This document shows, piece after piece, positions 1 to 11,059 of a stretch of 64,000 bases of DNA. Every line of letters starts with the position of its first letter. The stretch's first letter is position 1. The stretch comes from Eledone cirrhosa (Eukaryota): contig OZ024744.1 in NCBI GenBank assembly GCA_964016885.1, forward strand, positions 117,986,001-118,050,000, given 5' to 3'. The translations under genes and the position numbers were made by a program. The notes below the pieces were generated by a model that was not told where the DNA came from, did not search any database, and was given only the letters and a program-made list of their open reading frames with translations.

Positions 1-1416
1 TTGTCAATTCTATAACCGTACCCTGTTTACCCTGTTCTATTAAGCTTGGATGTAAGGGGTATTAAAGCTATGCAGAAAAGCAAGGGTGAAAGTGAGTCAC
101 CCTGGAATATACCACAGTTGATGTTTATATTCCTAGAGCACAGTACCCCCGTGGAATGAGACAATTGGAGATTTGTGTTCCATAATGACATATTATGTTT
201 CAGGAAGTTGAGATCACAGGTGAGATTTTGAAGATGTCCAGTGATTTTAGAATCCATGAGTGTGGTATGCTGTCAAAGGCTTTTTTATAATCGATCCATG
301 CAGAACTGAGATTTCTGTGTTTATTATGACAGTTCTCAAGGATCATACGATTAATCAAAAGTTGATCTTTGCAACCATATGAACCTCGTTGGCACCCTTT
401 TTGTTCAATGGGAAAAAGATTCTTCTCCAAAAACACGTATGCTTTTTCCATGAGAATAGAGGTTAATAGTTTATAAGTGGTGGACAAGCAGGTTATGGGC
501 CGATAATTTTTTGATCTTTGGTAGAAGGTAGGTAATGCCACTTGCTATCCAATCAGGTGTATTTTTGGATCTTTCATAATTCTATTAAACAGCTTGACCA
601 ATATATTGAGTGCACGGGAGTGAGGAAAGCCAGAAATTTGGCACCCTGTCTCTACCAGGAGATTTCCATTTATGAGATTTATTGAGTGCTGTCCTTAAGT
701 CCAGAGATGTCTTCCCACGCCTGTTCTTCTAAATTTGTGTAGGATTTTTCCAGGCGACTAATCCGATCTACATTAGCATTATATGTCTTCTCATCACTCC
801 AAATCTTACTCCAGAAGTTTTCAACTTCAATAATTATTTTTACCTTCTCTACTTCTCTATAAAATGACTTGGCATTGGATGAGAACAACTTATTTTGCCT
901 GTAGAAGTTTCGCTTCTCGAATCTACGAATTCGTTGGACTTTTTGTTTCAGAGATTCTTTTGTTGAAACTATTGCTTCTCTAGAAGACAGTCCATATTTT
1001 CTTTTTAGCCATCTTACCTTCTTGGATCTTATACCATTTCCAGCGGTTAACTCACTCAATAAAGATATTTCTCCTCTCATTACGTCAATCCCCTTTTCGA
1101 TTCTACTCCTCCAAATTGGTTTACCTCGAAGGTTCGACTTCTTTTGTTTTTTTTGGTGGTAAACAACTTGTTTCAATTACTCTAGCAGATGCATAAATGA
1201 TTTCATTTAGCTCAGTAAGATCAGGTTCTAGTTCTTCTATGATTTCTTTTGTCACAGAATTACCAATCATTATTTGTTTTCTATTTTGGATTGTATTTGG
1301 GAGTTTTTGAAGTGGTTTTCTATCATTTATACTAGAATGTCTTACTACTGCAAGCTCATTCAGTATTTTTTGCTTTAATTCCCTCATAGTCTCCCTGTGT
1401 TCTTCAGCAGATGTTT
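1..1416 (-). mobile_element. R4/Dong-like non-LTR retrotransposon, degenerate; pre-RT region and RT (continues past window start)
   Basis: Frameshifted ORFs contain NYRPITCLSTTYKLLT, EQKGCQRGSYGCKDQLLIN, WIDYKKAFDSIPHSWI and GIFQGDSLSPLLF, which are RT motifs typical of the R4/Dong clade. Confidence 0.8.
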
Positions 1417-3385
1417 GGTTTTCAATTTGGAAATAGTTTCTGAAATGCTGAAAGCATCTGGAATGGTGGGACACACTATGGTCACCCGGATAGTAAACCA
1501 AGTCATACAGAATGGGGTCGTTCCGAAGGACTGGTGTAGCAGCATCATCATTAACTGCTACAAGGGTAAAGGAGATGCCCTAGATAGGGGTAACTATAGA
1601 GGCATTAAATTAATCGACCAGGTCATGAAGGTCACAGAAAAAGTAATAGCGCAACTAATCAGAGAGAGAATTGATCTAGATGAAATGCAGTTCAGGTTTG
1701 TGTCAGGTAAAAATACCACAGACGCTCTTTTCCTTGTACGACAACTACAGGAGAAGTACCTAGCTAAAAGTAAACCCCTATACTTAGCTTTTGTTGACTT
1801 GGAGAAAACCTTTGACAGAGTACCCCGCTCCATTATCTGGTGGGCTCTTAGAAAACTAGGTGTAGATGAATAGCTTGTGAGAGCTATACAAGCCATGTAT
1901 AAAGAAACAGTCAGCAAGGTTAGAATTAACAACGAATATAGTGAAGAGTTTAGCGTAAAAGTTGGTGTTCATCAGGGCCCCATTCTTAGCCCCTTACTAT
2001 TTATTATTGCCCTTCAGGCTATAACAGAGGAGTTCAAGACCGGCTGCCCATGGGAACTCCTATGTGCAGATGATCTAACGCTCATAGCTTAATCAATGGC
2101 TGAACTAGAGAAGAAATTCCAAACATGGAAGCATGGCCTAGAATCAAAAGGCCTTAAAATTAACCTGTCTAAGACTAAAGTTCTAGTTTGTAGGAAGGAA
2201 AATAGGGCACTGGTCCCATCTGGGAAATGGCCATGCTCAGTGTGTAGGAAAGGAGTAGGCAGAAACTCCATTTTATGTCCCAAATGCAAAGTATGGGTGC
2301 ATAAAAGATGTAGTGGGATCACAGGTAAGCTAACTAAGAATATAGATTTTATATGTGGCCGGTGCTCAGGTGCAATAATTAGAGTAAGTGCCCACAGAAT
2401 ACTAGCTCATTCCATTGCACAGATGGTTCTATAGAAATAGTGGACAGCTTCCGTTACTTGGGTGACAAAATCAGCAGTGGGGGAGGGTGCTCTGAAAGTA
2501 CAGTAGCTAGAGTCAGAACGGGATGGAAAAAGTTCAGAGAGCTTATACCACTATTGGCCGCTAAAGGGTTCTCTTTAAAAATGAAAGGCAGGCTGTATGA
2601 TGCCTGCATACGGACAGCAATGTTACATGGCAGTGAGACATGGGCATTGTGTGCAGAGGATATACGCAGACTGGAGAGGAACGAAGCTTGCATGCTCCGC
2701 TGGATGTATAATAGTAATATACGTGAACGGCAAAGCATAAATGAACTAAGGGAGAAACTAGGAATAAGAGGGATCAGATGCTATTTACTCGAGAGAAGAC
2801 TACGTTGGTACGGTCACGTGATGCGCATGAAAGACGACAGCTGTATAACAAAGTGCAGGGCGATCAAAATAGACGGTAGCTACGGAGTAGGCAGACCCAG
2901 AAAAACCTGGGACGACTTGATAAATTCCGACCTCACACACTTACACTTCTCCAAGACAATGTCACTGGATCGAGATCTTTGGCGCTACACAGTAACACAG
3001 AAGACCCGCCTTGCCTAAGTACAAAGCGAAACCTACAGTCAGTAGGCACCTCTAACAAAAATACACCCTGTCCCACTACCCCCACACCATCCCCTTCAAT
3101 GTGAAGTTATGTTGGTACCACAACATCCAGTCCGAAATAAATGAGGTCGTGTAGGTGTCATGACAAAAACACACAGTCCACGCTGTAATGTGGCCGTATA
3201 GGTAACACGGTAAAAATCTCCCAGTCCACACTGTAAACGTGGTTGGTGTTAGGAAGGGCATCCAGCCGTAGTAAACCCGCCAGACAGTCCTGAGCAAGAC
3301 AACCAATCTTGCCTCGAGTGGGAAAATTCCCGTCCAAACTCATGCAAGCGTGGAAGATGGACGTTAAACGATGATGATGATGATG
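1417..3385 (+). mobile_element. 5'-truncated RTE-clade LINE nested in the R4/Dong element
   Basis: RT motifs (NYRGIKL, FVDLEKTFDRVP, GVHQG..LSPLLF, ADD), a PHD-like Cys/His cluster, RLRWYGHV, a 3' UTR and a (GAT)n tail. Contains in-frame stops. Candidate 7-bp TSD GATGTTT at 1410-1416 and 3382-3388. Confidence 0.92.
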
Positions 3386-4115
3386 TTTCTAAGTCCCTCT
3401 CCTGGCTATTTTCAGCGGGTTCAATAGGGCTTCTCATTTCTACAAACCTATTTGTGATTAGGTCAGATGGAGGTCTTTCAGTAAAGACTTGTGACTGGTT
3501 ACTATCTCCAGGAGATTCTACAGTTCTTTCATCATTTATACTTATGTCATTCTCCACAGCCTGCTTGATGGCAGTTAGTTCTGTGTCTGTGAGTCTATTA
3601 TTTCTGAAGATATACCTCCTTACATTTGCCAACTTATTTCCATCCATATCACGTCTGCTAGCTTGATTCCGAGTTTTCCAGATTTTGTAGGAGTTTAAAG
3701 TGTGTCTGTCTTGTGATGGCTTACCTAATGCATAGTAATATGCATATATTACTTCTTTATACTCTTCTCGGGTCCATTTCATCCTTTTAGGTTTTTCTTT
3801 TTAAGGTGGTTTGGGTGGTGAATCTGGAGGGCTCGAGTTGGGGCAATCCCCGATCAAGTGACCATCCAGGTCCATAATTGAAAAGCGTTCGTGCCAGAGG
3901 AGGACTTTTCAATCTAAGGTTGGCACCTTCCTGAGGGACGCGCTTCCTGATTAACCATAGGAAAAGCGATTTGGTATTGTGTATTAATTTTTATTTGTTC
4001 ATCTCACAGTACATGCTTGCGTTACGCATGGTATTGGACGTACGCATGGTATTGGACGTACATGGAAAGTTGCCCGGCTCTTTGGGTAGTGCAGTTGCTG
4101 GCTGGCACTGAGATC
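3382..4115 (-). mobile_element. 5' part of the R4/Dong-like element (5' UTR and N-terminus)
   Basis: ORF begins MKWTREEYKEVIYAYYYA. It joins in frame with the 1-1416 segment once the RTE is removed (DLETSAEEHRE). The 5' end abuts TAT/TAA repeats. Confidence 0.65.
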
Positions 4116-4576
4116 ATTATTACTATTATAACAGTATAGTTATGGTCATTGCTGTTGTTGATTGAGGTAATATTGTTATGGTTGCAGCTGTATTATCATT
4201 ATTATTATTATTATTTCTTCTTCTTTTTTCTTCTTCATAAACTCACACAAAAGCACCCAGCTCACCCTGTAAGGTAGTTGACATTAGGACAGGAATCCTA
4301 GTCCTTGGGTGGTAAATTTAATATGTCACCTGGTTCCAGGGTATATTTTCAGAATCCAGTCTGTAACCATTTGAACCATGTCTCTAGTTTGGTGTTACCT
4401 TCTCCTTCCTACCATTCTCAGATATCCTGAAAAAAGGGTCATGAAGCCCTTCCTTTCCCCACAGATCACTAAAAATAATTCTTTTTCAACTGTGTTGTTT
4501 ATAAACTAAAAATATATTGATAATTTATTTATTAATGGTTTATTTTTTATTTTCTTTCATCTTATTTTTCTGCTAG

Positions 4577-4652
4577 AACGCATTGCTGATGTTGATGGGG
4601 GATGTTCCTAAACTGCCAAAAAACCACCCTTTGATGTCATTTACCTATCAAG
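4577..4652 (+). CDS. TRERF1: TRERF1/ZNF541/MIDEAS-family ELM2-SANT zinc-finger protein, internal exon (end of ELM2 / linker)
   Basis: Splice sites TAG|...CAAG|GTATGT; encodes NALLMLMGDVPKLPKNHPLMSFTYQ. Phase 1 joins the next exon as GAA (E). Symbol is a family-level assignment. Confidence 0.8.
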
Positions 4653-4749
4653 GTATGTCCTGTATCACTTCACACTACTCGCTGCTCTTTTTCTACTTCT
4701 TCTTCTCCCACTTATTCCTGAGAGGGGAGGGGGGGGGGGGCAGAGTGGT

Positions 4750-6155
4750 CAAACACTCCTTCCAGCAGGTCCTGTCAGAAGCAACCATCTCCAACTGATC
4801 CAGCTGGATGCCCCTGTGGGACCAGCCAATCTCATGGATGTTATCCAACGATCTTGCTTGGGGTCTACCCCTGGGTCTCCTGCCAGTTGGTTTACCCATA
4901 AAATCAAACCAGAGATTTTTTCCTGAGACATTCTAACCACATGTCCATAGAATCAGAGTTGTGATCTCTCAATTCAGAGATTCTTTCCTGAGACATCCTA
5001 ACCACATGTCATAGTATCAGAGCTATGATCTCCCAATTCAGTGATTCTTTCCTGAGACATTCTAACAACATGTCTGTAGTATCAGAGCTGTGATGTCTCA
5101 ATTCAGAGATTCTTTCCTGAGATATTCTAACAACATGTCATAGTATCGGAGCTGTGATCTCTCAAATGAGAGATTCTTTCCTGAGACATTCTAACCACAT
5201 GTCCATAGTATCAGAGCTGTGACCTCTCAATTCAGAGATTCTTTCCTGAGACATTCTAACCACATGTCTGTAGTATCAGAGCTGTGACCTCTCAATTCAG
5301 AGATTCTTTCCTGAGACATACTAACCACATGTCCATAGTATCAGAGCTGTGATCTCTCAATTCAGAGATTCTTTCCTGAGACATTCTAACCACATGTCAT
5401 AGTATCAGAGCTGTGATCTCTCAATTCAGAGATTCTTTCCTGAGATATTCTAACAACATGTCATAGTATCGGAGCTGTGATCTCTCAAATGAGAGATTCT
5501 TTCCTGAGACATACTAACCACATGTCATAGTATCAGAGCTGTTGTCTCTCAATTCAGTGATTCTTTCCTGAGACATTCTAACAACATGTCTGTAGTATCA
5601 GAGCTGTGATGTCTCAATTCAGAGATTCTTTCCTGAGATATTCTAACAACATGTCATAGTATCGGAGCTGTGATCTCTCAAATGAGAGATTCTTTCCTGA
5701 GACATACTAACCACATGTCCATAGTATCAGAGCTGTGATCTCTCAATTCAGAGATTCTTTCCTGAGACATTCTAACCACATGTTATAGTATCAGAGCTGT
5801 CATCTCTCAATTCAGAGATTCTTTCCTGAGACATTCTAACAACATGTCTGTAGTATCAGAGCTGTGATGTCTCAATTCAGAGATTTTTTCCTGAGATATT
5901 CTAACAACATGTCATAGTATCGGAGCTGTGATCTCTCAAATGAGAGATTCTTTCCTGAGACATACTAACCACGTCATAGTATCAGAGCTGTGATCTCTCA
6001 ATTCAGAGATTCTTTCCTGAGACATTCTAACCACATGTTATAGTATCAGAGCTGTCATCTCTCAATTCAGAGATTCTTTCCTGAGATATTCTAACTACAT
6101 GTCATAGTATCACAGCTGTGATCTCTCAATTCAGTGATTCTTTCCTGAGATATTG
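4750..6155 (-). repeat. RTE-like LINE 3' fragment with an internal 64-65 bp segment amplified about 19 times
   Basis: 4750-4910 encodes GRRPRGRP; the unit GAGATTCTTTCCTGAGACATTCTAACCACATGTCATAGTATCAGAGCTGTGATCTCTCAATTCA reads as the ERSQL..GHVVRMSQE region on the minus strand. Confidence 0.85.
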
Positions 6156-6335
6156 TCATTAGATTGCACCCATGTTGGGGCACTACCCCAAAGGTTTAAT
6201 CGATCATATCAGCCATAGTACTTATTTTTTCAGGTCAACTTGTATAGACCTGTTTTTTCTCTAAGAAATCTTTTCTTTTTCTGCCACTGCCCATTCTTCC
6301 CTGTCTCTCTATTTCTTTTTGAATTTCATATTCTA

Positions 6336-6370
6336 CTTTCTGATGAAGGACTAGTGTCTAAAACATTAAG
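6336..6370 (+). ncRNA. decayed minimal hammerhead-like motif (Penelope pLTR-like)
   Basis: CTGATGA-a-GGAC-tagt-GTCT-AAAAC-ATTAAG; the GAAA core is altered, which is compatible with CpG decay. Confidence 0.35.
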
Positions 6371-6469
6371 ACTCTTTTCCTACTATATCAAGCATAAAAC
6401 TAATATATTTCTTCATTGTAGTGTGTTGTTTGCTTTTTTATTTCTGTTTGACTTTTGCACATATGTGTG

Positions 6470-7263
6470 TAAGGCAGACTATGATGCGTGCATACGAACA
6501 ACAATGTTACATGGTAGTGAGATCTGGGCGTTGTGTGTAGAAGACTTGCATAGATTAGAAAGAAACGAAGCTTGCATGCTCCAATAGATGTGTAATAGTA
6601 ATATACGCGAACAGCAAAGCATAAACGAATTGAGAGAGAGACTGAGCATAACAGGAATCAAATGCTGTGTGCAGGAGAGGCGGTTGCATTGGTATGGACA
6701 TGTGATGCGTATGAAGGATCACAGCTGCATAAAAAGGTGCAGAGCACTAGAAGTTGATGGTAGCCGTGGAGTGGAGAGACTGAAGAAGACCTGGGATGAG
6801 GTGATAAAAGCCGACCTTGCCCTGTTGATCCTCTCAAAGGCGATGACACACGACCGAGACCTCTGGCGTCACGCAGTAATACAGAAGACCCGACTTCCCA
6901 CGGGTACAAGCCAAAGCTGAAGCATATAGATAATATGCCCCCATCCCATTCCACTGCAAACTGGTCGTAGAAGTGCCACGGCAAAAAAGTACCCATCCCA
7001 TACTGTAAAGTGGTCATGTAGGTGTCACAAGAAGTACCCAGTCCACACTGTAAAGTGGTCGTGTAGGCACCACGGTAAAAAAACACCCAGCACTCACTGT
7101 AAATGAGGTTCGTGTTAGGAAAGGCATCCAGCTGTAGAAATCAAGCCAAAATCAGTTCCCATATGAGCAAGACAAGGTCAGCCAACCTAACATTGCCCAC
7201 CACAGGACAACCCGTTTAACCCATGCTAGCATGGAAGAATGGACGTAAAACGGTGATGATGAT
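6470..7263 (+). mobile_element. RTE LINE 3' fragment
   Basis: Encodes YDACIRTTMLHGSEIW...[13 protein letters not shown]; shares the family 3' UTR and GAT tail. Confidence 0.88.
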
Positions 7264-7589
7264 GTGTATGTGTATATATATATATATATATAAGAAAGCA
7301 AGCCACCTGTGAGATGGTTCAATTACCATGCACTCCATGGTACATTTGCAATGGATGTTGCTTAATTTGCAAGTCAGCTGGTGGTCTGATCAAACTTGGT
7401 AAAGTGCATGAAGACACACTCCAGACGATTTTACCAGACAGGTCCAATTTCACATCTGTGCACATATCTGCAAAATAAAAGCAGGTCTAAAAAGTCACCT
7501 GTGTGCACATGACTGTGCAATGTTCAATGGAGGGATGGCACTCTTCTGATAAGAAGTAGCAATTAACATATATGAGAGGAAGGCAGAGC

Positions 7590-7990
7590 TTGTATGAACT
7601 GAGGGAGAAACTGGCTTTAAGAGGAATCTGAGATGGTATACGGGAGAGAAGACTCCATTGGTATGGACATGTGATGTGTATGGATGGTGATTGTTGGGTG
7701 AAGAAGTATCAGAAGTTCCCAGTGGAAGGTAGCTACAGTAGAGGAAGACTTGGGCAGAGAGAGAAGACTGCACTGGTATAGACATGTGATGTGTATGGAT
7801 GATGATTGTTGGGTGAAGAAGTGCGGGAGTTCCCAGTGGAAGACCTGGGTGGAGGTTGTGAGATCTGATCTCAAATCACTGAGACTCACAGAAGAGATGA
7901 CAAAGGAACGTGGTGAGTGGAGAGATGCTGTGCTGAGAAGGACCCGTCTAACCCATGTATGGAAAAACAGGCATAAGAATGGTGATGATG
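7590..7990 (+). mobile_element. RTE LINE 3' fragment with a 115-bp internal duplication
   Basis: The ERRLHWYxHVMCMD segment starts at both 7644 and 7759. Confidence 0.75.
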
Positions 7991-8101
7991 TTTATATATG
8001 TGTGTGAGAAATAAAATAGAGAGTTTTACAAGATATATATAAGAGAAACAGTGAGAGGACAAATGAAGTATTTAATGGAGATTCTGTTTTGGTTTTATTA
8101 G

Positions 8102-8190
8102 AAAATGATGACTGGACAACAGAAGAAATTGAGGCTTACAATGCAGCTTTGATGAAATGTGACAAAGACTTCTTCAACATTGCAAAAGTG
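8102..8190 (+). CDS. TRERF1: TRERF1-family exon, SANT domain N-half
   Basis: Splice sites TAG|...|GTAAGG; encodes (E)NDDWTTEEIEAYNAALMKCDKDFFNIAKV. Confidence 0.92.
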
Positions 8191-8286
8191 GTAAGGTTTC
8201 ATTTACTACAGTTGTTATTGTTGTCGTCGTCCTTCTTCTTCTTTGTCTTCTTTGTCTTCTTCTTCTTCTTCTTTGTCTTCTTCTTA

Positions 8287-8385
8287 TTTACTTTGCCTTT
8301 CATCCTTACGTGGTCGATAAAATAAAGTACCAGTAATGTACTGGATAATTGCTGGCCTTGTGCCTAAAGTAGAAACAATTATTAT
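8287..8385 (+). mobile_element. SINE 3' part (Nin-domain-like core) followed by triplet microsatellites
   Basis: GCCTTTCATCCTTACGTGGTCGATAAAATAAAGTACCAG...GCCTTGTGCCTAAA; related copies at 10700, 10830, 15530, 15720 and 59400. Confidence 0.6.
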
Positions 8386-8711
8386 TCTTATTCTTATTCT
8401 TATTCTTATTATTATTCTTCTTTGTCTTCTTCTTCGTCTTCGTCGTCTTCTTCTTTGTCTTCTTTTCCTTTTTTTCCTTCTTCTTCGTAGTGGTGGTGGT
8501 CTTGGTAGTGTTGTTGGTGGTGGTGGCATCTGTGGTGTTGGTGGTGGTATTAGTGGTGTTGGTGATAGTGTTGTTGTTGTTGCTGTTCATCAATAGGAAT
8601 CCCATCATGGGACCCACAAAACCATTTCCCCTTGCTTTCAAATACTTGTTGCTGTTATGTTTCCTATTATCTTTGTTAAATGTTTAGAAGTAATTTTTAA
8701 AATATTTTCAG

Positions 8712-8918
8712 GTGAAGTCGAAGTCTGTGAAACAGTGCATTCAGTTCTATTATTTGTGGAAGAAAGTTTGTCCAGAGGAATATAAAAGACTTCGAACAAT
8801 TCGCCGTAAAAAGGAAACGGAAGCTATTTACCGTCTTAGAAATCAACAGCGTGAAGAGTCTAATAGTGATGTGCCAGATTTTAAGAGCAATCTAAAAGAA
8901 ACAGTTGATAGAACCACT
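8712..8918 (+). CDS. TRERF1: TRERF1-family exon, SANT domain C-half
   Basis: Splice sites TTTTCAG|...|GTAAGT; 69 codons, VKSKSVKQCIQFYYLWKK... Confidence 0.93.
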
Positions 8919-8949
8919 GTAAGTTGGAATTATCTTTTGTAAAAATTGC

Positions 8950-10402
8950 ATTCCAGGATCCATAGAAGTGGTTGAGAGCTTCTGCTACCTAGGTGATATA
9001 ATTAGCAGCGGAGTGGTGTGCTCTGGGAGTGTAATAACTAGAACTAGGAGAGGATGGAAGAAATTCAGGGAGCTTCTCCCACTGTTGACCACAAAAACTT
9101 TCTCCTTGTGTACGAAAGGTCGACTGTATGACACCTGTGTGAAAAGTGTGATGCTACATGGTAGTGAAACATGGACTGTAACTGCAGAAGACATGTGGTG
9201 CTACATGGTAATGGAACATGGGTTGTGACTGTGGAGGACATGTGGTGCTACATGATGGTGAAACATGGACTGTGACTGTGGACATGTGGTGTTACATGGT
9301 AGTGAAACATGGGCTGTGACTGTGGAGAACATGTGGTGCTACATGGTAGTGAAATATGGAGGACATGTGGTGCTACATGGTAGTGAAACATGGGCTGTAA
9401 CTATGGGGGACATGTGTAGACTGGAGAGAAATGAAGCAACCATGTTTTGTTGGATGTTTAATGTAAATGTGAAAAGGAGGCAGAGCTGGGACAAGTTGAG
9501 GGAGAAGCTGGATTTATGAGGAATCGGAGGTGATGTGTAAGAGAGAAGACTGCATTGGTATAGACATGTGATGTGTATGGATGATGATTGTTGGGTGAAG
9601 AAGTGTCAGGAGTTCCCAGTGGAAGGTAGCTACAGTAGAGGAAGACCTGGGTAGAGAGAGAAGACTGCATTGGTATAGACATGTGATGTGTATGGATGAT
9701 GATTGTTGGGTGAAGAAGTGTCAGGAGTTCCCAGTGGAAGGTAGCTACAGTAGAGGAAGACCTGGGTAGAGAGAGAAGACTGCATTGGTATAGACATGTG
9801 ATGTGTATGGATGATGATTGTTGGGTGAAAAAGTATCAGGAGTTCCCAGTGGAAGGTAGCTACAGTAGAGGAAGACCTGGTTAGAGAGAGAAGACTGCAC
9901 TGGTATAGACATGTGATGTGTATGAATGGTGATTGTTGGGTGAATATGTGTCAGGAATTCCCAGTGGAAGGTAGCTACAGTAGAGGAAGAACTGGGTAGA
10001 GAGAGAAGACTGCACTGGTATAGACATGTGATGTGTATAGATGGTGATTGTTGGGTGAAGAAGTGTCAGGAGTTCCCAGTGGAAGGTAGCTACAGTAGAG
10101 GAAGACCTGGGTAGAGAGAGAAGACTGCACTGGTATAGACATGTGATGTGTATAGATGGTGATTGTTGGGTGAAAAAGTATCAGGAGTGCCCAGTGGAAG
10201 GTAGCTATAGTAGAAGACCTGGATAGAGAGAGAAGACTGATTGTTGGATGAAGAAGTGTCAGGAATTTCCAGAGGAAGTCCTGGGCAGAAGTGGTGAGAA
10301 CTGATCTCAAATCACTGAGATTCATAGAGATGATGAAGGAACATGAGGTGTGGAGAGATGGCGTATGGAAAAGCAGACATAAAAATGATGACGATGATGA
10401 TG
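8950..10402 (+). mobile_element. RTE LINE 3' fragment with internal tandem amplifications
   Basis: Encodes ESFCYLGD...LHGSETW. The HGSETW segment is repeated at 9150-9410, and a 115-bp unit starts at 9541, 9656, 9771, 9886, 10001 and 10116. Ends in a GAT tail. Confidence 0.85.
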
Positions 10403-10699
10403 AATATTATTTTGGGATATCAAATTAGTCAATTGTGTGAGCTTTCTCAAATTTGTTGAACTCCATCATCCCACATAGTGTTTGGTAGTAGGGTCAGTAA
10501 AGAGTCACCCCATGTCCATACAGAGCAGGTCAATGAAGGTTTTTCTTGTGTATATATATGCCGTGCTGTGCATAGGAGTATATCACAAATCTGTCCTTAT
10601 TTAGCTCTCCAGGATTGTACCAGTGAAATACTAGGGTAGATTTAATAGACCTATAGAACATTCTAGATGTAAATAGAATTATAATAGAAGACGAAGACC

Positions 10700-11015
10700 A
10701 ACTTTATCTTTCATCTTTCTGGGATTGATAAAACATAGTCCAGTGAAATACTGGGGTAGATGTAATCAACTTTTCCCTCGCCACAAATTGCTGGGCTTGT
10801 GCCTAAATTAGAAATTATTATCTAAGAGAGGTAGATTGGCAGTAATCATAAGAGCGTCCTAGATTTATCGTCTGAGTTCAAATCCCACCAAGGTTAGCTT
10901 TGCCTTTCATCTTTACGAGGTCAATAAAATAAAGTATCATGAATGTACTGGGGTCAATTTAATCGACTTTCTCCTTCCCTTCAATAAAATTGTTGACCTT
11001 GTGCCTAAATCAGAA
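10700..11015 (+). mobile_element. two adjacent tRNA-derived SINE copies
   Basis: A-box-like TGGCAGTAATC and B-box GAGTTCAAATCCC near 10838-10886, followed by the Nin-like core. Confidence 0.65.
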
Positions 11016-11059
11016 AACTCCCACTTATTCCAGAGAGGTTCATGGCGTCAGAGTCCTCG

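Noticed and set aside
4060-4115. HDV-like ribozyme at the 5' end of the R4/Dong element (GCCGGGCAAC on the minus strand)
   Set aside because: I could not build convincing P1/P2/P3 pairings by eye; an RNAMotif search on the family consensus would be needed.
8284-8687. Arg/Lys/Thr-rich and hydrophobic ORFs
   Set aside because: They are triplet microsatellites within an intron.
10828-10895. tRNA gene (A- and B-box-like motifs)
   Set aside because: There is no cloverleaf, and the sequence continues into a SINE core, so it is a SINE head.
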